NCBI RefSeq assembly: GCF_006345805.1
Contig: NC_043000.1
Span: 121,520,001-121,584,000, forward strand
Length of the DNA: 64,000 nt
Direction: 5' to 3'
From: Octopus sinensis
Taxonomy: Eukaryota
The notes below the pieces were generated by a model. That model saw only the letters and a list, made by a program, of their open reading frames with translations, made no database searches and had not been told where the DNA came from. Every line of letters begins with the position of its first letter. Position 1 is the stretch's first letter. A program made the translations under genes and the position numbers. This document shows positions 13,178 to 26,032 of the stretch, piece after piece.

Positions 13178-13338
13178 TATACGACGGGCTTCTTTCAGTT
13201 TCGCCTACCAAATCCACTCAGAAGGCTTTGGTCGGCCCGAGGCTACAGGAGAAGACACTAGCCCAAGGTACCACGCAGTGGGAATGAATCCGAAACAATG
13301 TGGTTAGTAAGCAAGCTACTTACCACATTGCCACTCCT
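12905..13338 (-). mobile_element. SINE family A, full length
   Basis: Homology to the other copies. Confidence 0.9.
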
Positions 13339-13499
13339 GATAGTTTGTAATTTTTACATAATCTTCAGTAGATGTTCAATTTTATCATACCTAGAGATGT
13401 ATCATTACGTAGCTAAGACTGCGTAGTTATTTACGATATGACCAATTACGTAGTCTTTCCTATTCACATATTCTTAGTTAATTAGCATTTTATCTTATT

Positions 13500-14290
13500 A
13501 TTCGCTTTTTAGCGATATCTACGGAAGAGGCTTTTATCCTGTACCATATCAAAAATCCTTCTATCTTTGCTGAATGAGCGATAGCGATCAAATTCTGCGT
13601 TTATGATAATATTTCAGGCAGCGGCCTTGTAGGCGCTTTTATTCTACAACCATATCAGTGCCTTTTCTTGGAGAAATTTAATGTTTCCTTTTCTTTTTCC
13701 TTTCCAGAATTTCTGTTAGTGTAGCTGCTGTTACTTCATAATTACCGAATTACCGGCAATACCTAATACATTGTAGTATTTACAGTTTTCTTCGAAGACA
13801 GAAAACAATTAGAGGAGTTATCTGAATTAATTTTCTGTTTATACCTAGCGTTGTCGGTAATTTTTTTGTGACGTTTTATAATAACTTTCTCCATGCATAA
13901 GGGCCCCTTTCTGTCTATGCCTTATTTCGGGTGGTGTACTCCAAAGGCTGTCATTATATCCTTTCTGTGTTGCTTTGCTTTTTCATTTAGAGTCCAGCAG
14001 AGAATACTATATCTATAATTTATTACTAGGACAACTAGGTGATAGATACTTATTATCTTTTTTTTTTTTTTTCTATTTCCCTCTGTTTTAAGTATTAATC
14101 AAATGCAGCTATGATATTTCATTTTTAATCTTTTCTTTCATTTGCGTTAGTTGTACACTGTTTGCTTCATCGATTCCTAAATATTTGTTTGCTCGTCTTT
14201 GATCTAATTCTCTTATCTGAGTTTCTTTCTGCGGCATGATATTAATGTTCTTAATTAATTTTCATCTCTTCAAGTTTGCCTTGGAGTCTT
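13500..14290 (-). mobile_element. Highly decayed R4/Dong-clade LINE RT/C-terminal fragment
   Basis: Broken minus-strand translation IRELDQ..KYLGIDEANSVQ.TQMKEKIKNE, then IMTAFGVHHPK and KIEGFL; same motifs as the 16170-16409 ORF. Confidence 0.6.
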
Positions 14291-16080
14291 TTTCTCCATT
14301 ATTATTTTTATTTTGTTATTACTGTTGTTTTTGGTTTTCTTATTAGTATTGCTCGCTTTCGTTTATTACAGTCACAAGTCGTCTTTTACGGGTTCTGGTA
14401 ATTATGGATATTCTACAAGTTCAAAGTAGATGAAAATATTTTCTTCCCTCGGATTATTTACTAACAGGACACTTTTAATATTTTTCATACCGAAGTAAAC
14501 AGAAATGTTTTCATGTTTTAGAATTTGTTATCGCTTTGTAGAATTTTGGTTTTTAAAAACAACCCGGTTCATTCCGTAATGACGAGATCCTTCAACAACG
14601 AAACTAAAAACTATGTTCTCATATAGTTACAAAATTGAAAATAATAATGCACCTTCAGACAAAATCAAATAAATGAAGTTTAATTCAATGAGGTAAAAAG
14701 GTGTTTAAAAAATCAGAGAACAATAGTAACACTTTGAAGGCTACGTCAATCAACAAAACAACATCGAGTCTCACAATTTGTTATGCAAGAGTTCTAAAAT
14801 GTATTAATGATATTACAGATAAGTTAAGTTTTCGTAACATATCGTGCTAATTGGAGTGTGCGGATATGAAGTTTTATTTGGAATAAGGGCATATGAATAT
14901 CAAGGCACAGTAGAGTGAGTGTTTAAAAAGATTTTTTTGTACGTAATATAACGTTCAATCTTGTACTAACCATTAACTTGCTTTAAGCTTTTGAAAAATG
15001 TCAGGACTAAAGTTGGTCCTCGAAAAAACCGGGAGTGGCCTGAACAAAATATCTAAAGATTTATCTCACTCGAATGTAATAGGACTTAAATTATTGTTAT
15101 CTATGGTTTAAGGCCTGATAACGCAGCCTGTTTGAGGCTGAAATCTTGAGGGATACGACCGTCTATATAATTTATTCCATTATGCTTAGCAGAGAAACAC
15201 AACTTTTTCGGCAAACGCATTTGTAATGATTTTGGCCCTTACACTTTATAGCTTTTGTGTTACAGTATGGGAAAGCGGTCAGAGAAAAGGTAATAAAAGA
15301 CAGTGTGCAGTTGAGTGAGGTCAGAATGGATTTACGAATCCAAATGATCCCTTATAATTATTTCATTTGTTATGCAACAATCAAAGGTATTTATGAATGT
15401 CATGATAAGAAAAACTTGTCGAATTTTGTAGTTGCGTTACAATGTTCTCCATAATGACATTTCGCCCAGAAGAACTCGGAAACCAAAACTATATGCAGCA
15501 GCAGAGATTATTACATGCCATATTCAAGAAACAATGACTAGGCATGTCAACCATGTCTCACCGTAACCAACTTTAGCCACCCCGTCAAAATGCAATGAGC
15601 ACACAAGAGGTAATTTAATAGGTCTAAGGATGACAAACCTCCGCCAACAACACACGAAGTAGAAAATGGGAAGACACCCCAAAATAAAATAAAATGAGCT
15701 CTCAAAAAGTACAGGAAAATAAGCTTTTACGGAAGAAGTTCATGCTATCACAATCATGCAAATCGATACGAAAACAACTAAGAAACAGACGCTGCAATGT
15801 GAATTTAAACAGTGGAATTTTCTAGCGAAAGTATTTAATAGCAGAGAATGAATTGAGACATGCGAAAGTTTACTATTGGTAAATGCTTGACAGCATTCTA
15901 CAATTATTTCGAGGAAAATAGATTAGGAATCACAACAGCAAATAGAACAGTATCCTCGAACTGTGTTGTGCACAGATATATATGAGACATCGTTCAAAAT
16001 TACGGTTCATTAGAAGACGTGAGATAACCAACAGAGACAGAACAATATGCACTACACATCACTTATGAGTACGGAACTGT

Positions 16081-16470
16081 TTTTTCTTTCACAGTTGATG
16101 CACTCCCGTACGCTAATCAGCCCACGTCCACCCTTACTTTTCTTCATGTAGAAACCGTGTACATTTGCCTTAGGGTGGAGGACACCATGCATTGCCATTG
16201 TCTATCGGGTAGAGGGATCTCAATATGGGTGCACTATAGCGGAGTACAGAAACAGCCCATATGTTGATGGCAGTCACAAGGTTCCTTGAGTTGAGCTTTG
16301 ATTTCAAGAGAAGTCCGAGGCGCTTGAAACATGCAGTGATGATTTTGTCTTTCATTTCCGTATCTGCAAGATATTGTCCAGCTCCAGGATCCCAAGGTAC
16401 TTGTACCAATAATCATCTTGGTCTTACATTCTCCTCCGTTTGGCACTCCTTCTTAGTCGTATGGACATCA
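16081..16470 (-). mobile_element. R4/Dong LINE fragment (RT C-terminal region), inverted relative to the adjoining 3' part
   Basis: TEMKDKI...FKRLGLLLKSKLNSRNLVTAINIWAVSVLRYSAPIL and MHGVLHPKANVH..YMKKSKGGRGLISVRECIN. Confidence 0.8.
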
Positions 16471-16477
16471 TCTTGAT

Positions 16478-16995
16478 CTAGTCGTTGAAAGTAAAAACGT
16501 CACTATCTTCTAAGATTTTCCAGTGAACTCCGATAGAATTATCCAGGCTAATCGACCAGACATAGTCATTAAATACTAGAAAGAAAATACTTTTATACCA
16601 ATAAATGTAAGAGTTCCCACTGATAAAAAGTAATTTGTAAAGGAATTTGACAGTTGAAATACAAAAGATGTGGCATCTCAAAGCTAGAGCTGTTTCTGTT
16701 ATTGTGAGTACGCTAGGTATGATAAAAAAGGATGTCGGAAACATCTAGAATATACACTAGGAGAACCATGTCTCAGATAAAACCAAAAGGTAGTGCTGAT
16801 AAGTGCTGTCCACATCTTATAAAACCCTATCAATTCAAATGTGTTGTATTACATGAAGATATTTCGCTCCCACATTCCCTCCTCACGCTTTCAGTCATAC
16901 TGTAGCATCTCATATCTTTCACTCGCCTTAGGACGCTGGGTGTGTCCGGGCAAGTGATTGTAACAAACATGGAGATTAAATGTAAATAATAATAA
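16478..16995 (+). mobile_element. R4/Dong LINE 3' end (restriction-like endonuclease + 3' UTR)
   Basis: Decayed DRIIQANRPDIVIK...KMWHLKARAV.VIVSTLGMIKK; ends near a (TAA)n run at ~16985. Confidence 0.75.
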
Positions 16996-19686
16996 TATTG
17001 TTGCTGATGTCTTTGTTTTTGTCAAATCATCGATTACTAACATTCATTTTATTTGAACTAATATTGAAAATTTAATCACCGGCTCGCAACATGTCTCGGT
17101 AATTCTTGGCCTTGTAACTCTTTTAGGAATCAGAACTGTAATTTTCGTAAAAACAATCGTCCTTATAAAAATGATCATTTCAATTGATAGCACAGAGTCC
17201 TTAACAATGGGTGTCGTTCATTCTGTAACAGGTTTGTTAACGCACTTGCAACTGCTTTTGTTTTCTTGTAGACATCGTAAAATAAGTTATGGTTTTCCAT
17301 TTGTAACTAATAATTATATTTCAAGCTACAGCTTTCGCACTTGTAAGCTAAATAATTGAATTCAGAAGACCATGTTATATATAGCCAGAATGATGACATT
17401 TAAAAGGAATGAGGATTCATCCATTAAAGCACAGTTTTCTGCTGCTCAGTGATAATGTTTCAATGCTATATATATAAGAGAAGGATACATTTTTGTTCAT
17501 TTCTCATTTCAGTTTTCCTGGTTCCATTTAAATAAAATTATGAATCTATTACTTACTGGCTGTACTTAATATGAAAGGTAAAAGCTCTAGCCATTACCAA
17601 GGTTTGGGAGAGAAGACATTTTATATTGAGATTAATTACTTATTTAAGAAGAATCATCATACATTTCACGTTGGCATGGAAATTAATATCCTCTTTAAAC
17701 AAATATATATTCAGAAACAAATGGTGACAAAGATAGCAATTTGCAAATAGCTATGGAGCCTAACAGCAAAAATGTATATAGACATATAGTAATTAACCAT
17801 ACCACCTGGAAAGTGTTCTTGAGAAATGTTTATTACACTGCTAAATTCCACAGAGACAATAAAACATAGTTATGAAAATGCAAATTAAAGCATTCGAGAA
17901 AGATATTATTCTGCAGTACTCTTCATTGGAAAATATATTATGGTCTGGATAGAAATAAAAGTAATGTTCGACAACATATCCATAGAAAAAACGATAATTT
18001 TGAGGAAAAAATCTCTAGGAAAAATGAAAGATAACTAGAAAACTAATAATAATTCTTCTAGAATATAAAATATGGACCTCCATACTGTACAGGATTACAT
18101 GAACGTTTTTACTCGCAGCTTTTGAAAATTAAAAGTTCAATAACTACCACAAAATATCGTAAAATTAGGAAATCTGAGGAAAAAGCACATTTTCGGCTAT
18201 CTTTGCTGCTTTAAGGTAAGGCTACGTACGAAACATGAAACGAAGGCCTTTTTCTTATGAATCAAAGATAGGGAATAATCTAATAATACTATTTCAGAGA
18301 ATCAAAGAGTAGGCGAAATAATATCACCACATTTTATAGATTCATGAGTTTCAAAAAGTGTCAATATTGGAAGCTCTCCAAACCGTAAATTGCAAATATC
18401 TAAAATGCAAAATCCTATCAAATAAATTGACTTTGTGAAGACAGAAATTGTTACCTTTATCTAGAAAATAAAAAGCAAAGATATAATTCTAAAATGAAGA
18501 ACGAAAGTGACATAATTTCAGAACAGGATACCTTGAATTTTGGTTATATTTTACGGACAAATAATATTAGATAAAATACTACACATTCACTCAATACCTT
18601 TAAATAACAATTTAATCACAACTGCAAGAAACTTGCGATTCGGTGCTAGAGATTTGAAAGAATATTTGAATTGTTCAGACGTCTATTGGTTTTGTAAGTG
18701 TGCTAGCGTTTCATTCCCAATACAAACAATTTAAATCTCAACTATTCTTCATACAGATCGTACGACATATTCACTAAATAAATAGACATTCAAATTGTAT
18801 GCAAAGTTCGAAACAAGCCAAGTTTCTATTCCTTCGAGATTTCGCAAAGTCAAGTAGATATCGACTAAAGAATGAGCAGACATCACAAACAACAGACGCA
18901 CAAAATAAGAACATAGATCAAAGTGCATAACACCAGGAGACAACACTGAGAGACAACAAAAGCGAACAAAAACTTTCAGCTATTTTGTAATCTGTGACTT
19001 GTGCAAGCGTAAACTTTGTTTTCTCTATTGAAGAGTCGTACACACAGACAAACGACGAGGAGAAAATATATGCATATATAGCATTGTACAGCAAATTTTA
19101 AAATTAAAAATATTCAAATTATTTCAGAATTCTTTCTTGAAATTAATAAGGTCAAACAACCATGTTGCTGCAAAATTATACATAAATATATAGATTCATC
19201 ACTCTGTGAGGAATATCATCGGGAACAAAATACCGAACAAAAAGAAAGTAGTAGACTTAGGTTGTTTGCTTGCCCAGAAAACATAGTCTGTTGAAGGGAA
19301 TTATACTCTTTGAGTTTTCATCAATATCAATACAGCTGAAATGCGAAAACGTTGTTTGATTTCTTGGTTATTTGTCTCATTTTAAGCGGCGGTAGATGGG
19401 GTCGGATTGGCGCTAAATTTACACTGGGAGGTAAAATGGAGTGGGCAATGTTGTGAGGGGTGTTGCAAGTCGCTCGGGGCTACCATTTGGTTGCTATGAT
19501 AAGGAATAGGGGAAAAGGAGAAAAGAAAGAGTAGAAGAAGAGAAAGAAGAAAAAGAAGAAAAAGACGAAGAAAAATAAAAACATAAGAAAAAGAAAAGGA
19601 AGAGGGCACAAAAAAGAACCAGGCAAAGAACAAAAGAAGAATGAGACAAAAGGAGACAACACGCACAAAAGAACAACACCACCAAA

Positions 19687-19718
19687 ACCCGAGCGAAGCA
19701 CGGGTCAAAATAACTAGT
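19687..19718 (+). mobile_element. Helitron-type 3' terminus
   Basis: Hairpin ACCCG-AGCGAAGCA-CGGGT, 8-nt spacer, then CTAG|T; 5' end not located. Confidence 0.55.
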
Positions 19719-19763
19719 CTCTCCATAAAATTGTATAAATGACCACCAAACAGCGTAGCTGTC

Positions 19764-20089
19764 ACAACTGAGCACTGCTGGCCGTTAGCATCGCTTTCAT
19801 ATTATCATTTTTTCATTTTCATTTGCTCATAAATTTAATCATATTGTTCTATGTCCCCCATGTTTTGTTATGTCCGCCATTCTTCGTAGCCCCTGGTGGG
19901 TAATAAAGAAATAACAACTGAGCACTGCTAACGGATGGGGCCTTTAGCATCGCTTTCATATTATCATTATTTTCATGTAATAATTCATTCTTCATAAATT
20001 TAATTATAATGTTCTATGTCCCCATGTCTTGTGGTGTCCCCCTCTTCGTTGGCCCCTTGTGGGTAATAAAGAAAGACAACTGAGCACTG
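19764..20089 (+). repeat. Tandem repeat of 150-162-bp units, each ending in a family B SINE-like tail
   Basis: ACAACTGAGCACTG at 19764, 19914 and 20076; units end GCCCC(T/TT)G.TGGGTAATAAAGAAA. Confidence 0.85.
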
Positions 20090-20547
20090 AATGGTAGCCT
20101 ATTCCATAGTTATGCTAACTGCTTTTGCTGCCTAAGTATTTGCGATTATTTATAAGCAATATTTCGTCCCTACAGCACTTGATCCGTCGGAATATTGTGA
20201 ATAGAACAGCTGAAATGAAGGAGGACTCCGCCAACATTTAGTTGGTACACATTTTCAACTGAATGAACTGGAATAGTTAAAAAGAATGCTGTCTAGAAAC
20301 AAACTCACGACTTTATCATCGTGTGTTGAACGATTTAATTAACAAGGCGCGCATCTTTACATTGACATGTATGTGTGATTACTGCCATACATGCAAGTAA
20401 CAACTTAACGGGAAAAAAGAATACATATTGAATTATATCCTTGTTCATTACAGAAACAAATGTAGCCTTGTAATATTTATTTATTTAACATTGTACGAAT
20501 TGCACTGCGTCGTTTTATACAGGATTTCGACGATACTATTACTGATA

Positions 20548-21190
20548 TAAGGCGTCGTGCTGGCAGAAACGTTAGCACGCCGGGCGAAATGCACTGGGGT
20601 CGATATAATCAACTTAATCCGTATGTCTGTCCTTGTTTGTTCCCTTGTATTTTAATTGGTAGTAAAAAGAAGTAGTTATTTCGTCTGCCGCTATGTTCTG
20701 AGTTCAAATTCCGCCGAGGTCAACTTTGCCCTTCATCCTTTCGGAGTCGATTAAATAAGTACCAGTTACGCACTGGGGTCGATATAATCGACATAAATCC
20801 GTTTATTTGTTCATGTTAGTCCTCTCTGTGTTTAGCCCCTTGTAGGTAGTAAAGAAATAGATATTTTGTTTGCTCTTACATTCAGAGTTCAAATTCCGCC
20901 GAGGTCGACTTTGCCTTTCATCCTTTCGGGGTCGATTAAATAAGTACCAGTTACGCACTGGAGTCGATATAATCGACTTAATCCGTTTGTCTGTCCTTGT
21001 TTGTCCTCTCTGTGTTAAGCCCCTTGTGGGTAGTAAAGAAATGGGTATTTCGTCTGCTGTTACGCTCTGAGATCAAATTCTGCCGAGGTCGACTTTGCCT
21101 CTCATTTTTTCGAGATTGATAAAATAAATACGAACAGAGCACTGGCGTCCCCTCAACGTAATTGTTGCCCCTGTGCCAAAATCTGAAACC
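20548..21190 (+). mobile_element. SINE family B multimer (about 3.5 core units)
   Basis: GAGTTCAAATTCCGCCGAGGTC-like motif at 20700, 20885 and 21069 (185/184-bp period). Confidence 0.85.
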
Positions 21191-21597
21191 TGTATACACA
21201 GAGAATAATTCAGTCATTGCGATAAAATATTATTAAAATATGAACTTAGCATATACGACGTCCTGGATAACACTTCTATTTGTATTCTAAGTTCTTTATA
21301 TATTATTCCACTCAAATTCATATTCCGAAATACAATAAGGACAATATAATTAAATGTTTTTCAATATTTCCCATTTCCCATAAGTACTAATGAAAAAAAA
21401 GCATATTCTATTTTCATTCCCCACATATTTCCTGTCTATAGTGGTAACTATTGTTTACGCCTCATATAGACACCGCAGCTATTTCATTAGGAAGCGATTA
21501 ACTTTTATATTTCTCATTATTTTTCTCTTTATTTGCTCATGATTATTTTTCGCTTTATTCTATAGCGAAATATGTCTCTATTTTTAGCTTTCCATAT

Positions 21598-21977
21598 ACG
21601 GCTGTGTGGTAAGTAGCCTGCTTACGAACCACATAGTTCCGGGTTCAGTCCCACTGCGTGGCACCTTGGGAAAGTGTCTTCTACTATATCCTCGGGCCGA
21701 ACAAAACCTTGCGAGTGGATTTGGTAGACGGAAACTGAAAAGAATGCCGTCGTATATATATATATATATGTGTGTGTGTATATATGTTTGTGTGTCTGTG
21801 CTTGTTCTCCCCAATATCGCTTGACAACTGATGCTGGTGTGTTTACGTCTCCGTATCTTAGCGGTTCGGCAAAAGAGTCCGATAGAATAAGTATTGGCTT
21901 ACAAAAAATAAGTCCTGGGGTCGATTTGCTCGACTAAAGGCGGTGCTTCAGCATGGCCACAGTCAAATGACTGAAAC
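21598..21977 (+). mobile_element. SINE family A
   Basis: Homology to the other copies. Confidence 0.9.
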
Positions 21978-23039
21978 TCATTCCCCCACCTCAAACATGC
22001 TGGGGAGAGGAAGAATTTGAAACCGACATTTCTAATATAAATAAAATTAATTGCTTATACAGGATTTGAACATGCCCTGAGTTGCAGTAATGTAAAATTC
22101 TAGGATCATTTCAGGAAATTTAGTATATAAATTTCATTGCGTAAATGATAAAAGACGACTAAAACTTGTGTAATTAAAAGTCAGATAAATTTATATTAAA
22201 AACAATAAGTATATGATGATAACATATTACACTAAAATGTGTTGACAGTAAGTAAAAGAATTTAAATGAAAGAAAGGAAGAAAAAAGTCATTAGGAGATA
22301 CAACACTTTTAGGATAATAAATCATCTGAAACTTTTGATAATAAACGATATGAAAATTAATAATTATTCTTCATCAACAAAAATGCAATTTTGTATTTAT
22401 GTTAGTTATTTATAAATATTCATGGCTTTCGCTATACGAAATAAGTTGAAACTAGGTATGCGAAGCGTATACGTATACTAGTTCACGACCAGTTATATGG
22501 TATAAAAAAACCTCTTATCTGCCTTTCTATTACTTTAAATTTGTATGGTTTTTGTCTTTTTTTCTCTTTTTATTCATTGACTCTTACGGTATACAACAGT
22601 ATGGCAAGACCAAGAATCGATCTCTCACACGCCAAGGGCATTATACGAGATTTTATGTTTCGAGAAAGCTGCATAAATATTTATATTTCATTAACGCAGT
22701 AGCACCTGTGACCACAAACACCGCAAAGAAATATCTGTTGTCTGTTTGTCGAGCAAAGAATCAATCTAGGTTAGGAAAAACTGAGCTGAAAAAGCACATA
22801 CTCATCGAGGTTTATGGCTCTGAGATCTTGGATGACTCGAATCCGACTCTCAAAGTATTCGAAATAGCATCGAGTCAAAAACAAGGTAATATTGCAAATG
22901 CATTGGTACGAGTTATAAGGATACGTCATTTAGGCACGGTTATTTACGATTATGAATTTACATTCATATGCAAATTTCGAAATACACGTTATCGAATCGT
23001 GGGTGATTTTTCTGAGCTTGTTTTGTTTCTCATCCCAGC

Positions 23040-23532
23040 AGGTAGGGGTAGGAGTGGCAGCATGGCAAGTAGCTTGCTACCAACCACATGGTTCTCGGTT
23101 TAGTCCCACTACATGGCAACTTCGTCAAGTGTCTTTTACTACAGCCTTGGTCCGACCAAAGCCTTGTGTGTGGATTTGGTAGACGGAAACTGAATGAAGC
23201 CCGTCGAATATATGTATATATATATTTTTTATTTTTTTATTTTATTTTATCCACGAGCTGTGGCCCTGCTGGGGCACTGCCATTTCATATATATATATAT
23301 ATATATATGTATATGTAAGTGTGTGTATGTTTGTGTGTCTGTTTTTGTCTCCCCCAACATCGCTTGACAACCGATGGTGGTGTGTTTACGTCCCCGTAAC
23401 TTAGTGGTTCGGCAAAAGAGACCGATATAATAAGTACTAGGCTTACAAAGAATACGTCCTGGGGTTGATTTGTTCGGCTGAAGGCGGTGCTCAAGCATGG
23501 CCGCAGTCAAGTGACTGAAATAAGTAAAAGAG
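23040..23532 (+). mobile_element. SINE family A with extra insert in the internal microsatellite
   Basis: Homology; insert CCACGAGCTGTGGCCCTGCTGGGGCACTGCC near 23250-23282. Confidence 0.85.
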
Positions 23533-24349
23533 AGGTATCCAAAACTTCCTATACTGAATAAATAATCACGGCTTTCCCAAATGAGAAAAAAAGCTTAATA
23601 TCGGCAGCTACAACCCACTCTTCAACTCAAATATCGGCTCACACTTACTTAAATTATTTTTCTCGTGAAAGAAAAGTTTTAAAACCCAACATCGGTGTTA
23701 CATAAAATGAAGTTGTATAAAAATTCCAGCATGCAAGGGGATTAGAGGTATGATTAATTTAGCGTCTGTGGTTCCTTACAAGTGGAAGATGTGTGTGTCT
23801 AAGATATTTGGTGATACTTTTCTTTATATAATCTCACTTCAAGTTGATATTTTAATTCCAATTATTTCCTCAAACGCCCTGGAGCTTTTCCTAAGGAAAC
23901 CGCCATCGAAATGTCTTTCCACAAACATTGTAAGTAACAATTGCCCAATCACATTTATTATATCACCATTCTCTTCTTTTACACTGTCATCTGCGACCCT
24001 GCTGTGTGGCAAATGATAATTGTTGATGCGTCATCATCCTACATAGTCTGTAGTACTGGAAATTATTTCCATGTTTTCTATATACACTCCGCCAATTAAG
24101 TGAGAAGATCTGGTAATCCATTTCTCTCAAACGTTTCCAAGCAAAAAGGCATGTTAGGACACATATTTAAAAAAATTGACTATGTTCACTCACACATGTC
24201 AACACAACCTTACACACACTCAAAAGGACACATATATCTATGCAACAAGCTCCCAGAAATATTTCTTCACGAAGGCATTGGTCAAGTCGAGTATATTGTA
24301 GAAACTTCTGGAAAGACACTTTCCAAAGTCTCCCAAAGTCGTATATCTT

Positions 24350-24815
24350 TCTATCGTTCAGTCGAGGTCGACTCTCGATTACTCGATGGATCAGTGTTCT
24401 CCAGCCAGTTCTATACTGGGTCGCTTCTTTCAGATTGGCTATGGCTTTTCCTGTGTCACTTTTGATGGTGTCAAGCCAGCGGGTTCTTGGTCGGCCTCTT
24501 CCTCTCTTGTCACTGACCATTCCGAGCATGATATCCTTCTCCAGGGATTTTCTCCGCATAATATGACAGAAATATGCCAATCTATGCTTGCTGATCCTAG
24601 CTTCTAGCAACATTTTCGGCCTGATCTGCTTAAGAACTTCTCCATTGGTGAACCTCGCTGTCCATGGAATCCGCAAAAGTCTTCTTCAACACCAAAGCTC
24701 GAATGCATTAATTCTGTTCTGGTCAGCTTTCTTTAGTGTCCACGTCTCGCCTCCATATGTTGCTATTGAGAAGACGATTGCATTCACCAATCTGCATTTC
24801 GTACCGACCTCTAAA
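24350..24815 (-). mobile_element. 5'-truncated RTE (BovB-like) LINE, RT C-terminus to 3' end
   Basis: YGGETWTLKKADQNRINAFELWC*..RIPWTARFTNGEVL..HIMRRKSLEKDIMLG...RGRGRPRTRWLDTIK; in-frame stop at 24686. Confidence 0.9.
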
Positions 24816-25360
24816 CACTGACTATGAAGCGAACTTCTCAGCCGCCCACACATGTCTGTCTTTGTCTGTACTTGCATAACCGCAAAAGCATACGTGCATA
24901 TATAAGGTTGTGTATGCATATGTGTATCTACGGAGGTATATATTTATGATATATTGCATTATATTATATTCAACTTATACCGAAACATTAATTTTTTAAT
25001 TAAATCTTAAAATCTGTTTCTTAAAAACTTCATAACAACGACGACACTGCTGGTTTTACGACATACGCTGACAGAAAATATTATAGAGAAACAGTAGATG
25101 TTGTATTTGGATATGTTTTATGCCTTCAATAAAAATTCGGTTTATATATAACTAGAGATTTAGTTAGTTATTAAGTAAGTATGGTATGTCTGTTCTGAGA
25201 CCGGAGAATTAAAGGAAAAAAAAAACAGTCATTTATTTTTTTTCCTGAAAATCTTTATTGGAAACTTTTATTGCAAAAAGTATATATATATTCTCAAAAA
25301 AACAATAAAATAAGATTTCATTTTAAAAGAAAATAGTATTAGCAACAGCCAGAACAACAG

Positions 25361-25380
25361 CGATGATGATGATGATGATG

Positions 25381-25429
<49 letters not shown>

Positions 25430-25560
25430 TGATGATGATGATGATGTTGATAATAATAACAACAGTGATAAGAATAATTATGATGATGATGTTGATGATA
25501 ATAATAATAACAAAGATAATAATAATAATGATGCTGATGATTATGTTGATGATGATGATG

Positions 25561-25606
<46 letters not shown>

Positions 25607-25610
25607 TAAC
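25361..25610. repeat. Compound (GAT)n/(AAT)n trinucleotide microsatellite
   Basis: Direct reading; gives the poly-Y/H/I/M ORFs. Confidence 0.95.
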
Positions 25611-26032
25611 CTAAAACTGTCAAATCTTTTTCGCTTTTTGTAGGTCTTCAGCTTATGTATCATGCTGTTAAAAACATGATATTAGTCGATATAAATTCCA
25701 AGTTTATACAGAAATATGGAATAAGTTCACCGTCAGATTCACATTGCGCAATTCTCACCTGAAGATTGCATAAAAGATTATCCAACCGAGCTCATATATT
25801 CCTCACTCTTCAAGCTGTTACTATAATCAGTATTTTAATTGTAGAAAAGCAATTTACGCGACCTATTGAAATGAACGGTGCTCTTTAGCGTAATCCATGG
25901 TTTTGTGCGGACGTGCGATACAGACGTGGTTTTCAACATAGACATAATGCTCCATTCCGTCTTAAATTTGCAATATTAGCAGTTATGTGATAATATAACC
26001 GGATCTTGTAATTCACACAGAACCATTTGATC

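Noticed and set aside
15111-15153. CTGATAA-CGC-AGCCT/AGGCT-GAAA hammerhead-like string
   Set aside because: G8 mutated, three extra nucleotides before stem II, no valid UH site and only 2 bp of stem I; at best a very decayed copy
18170-18250. EEKAHFRLSLLL*GKATYET, similar to a mariner N-terminus
   Set aside because: Too short and interrupted; no TIR found
19382-19775. Phe/Leu/Ser-rich minus-strand ORFs
   Set aside because: Antisense of a GA-rich low-complexity tract
20548-21190. CRISPR-like periodic repeats
   Set aside because: Units are ~185-bp homologous SINE cores without unique spacers; no cas genes; eukaryotic context
22552-23103. 183-aa ORF
   Set aside because: No recognisable motif, TTG start, and it runs into a SINE head; kept only as a BLAST candidate
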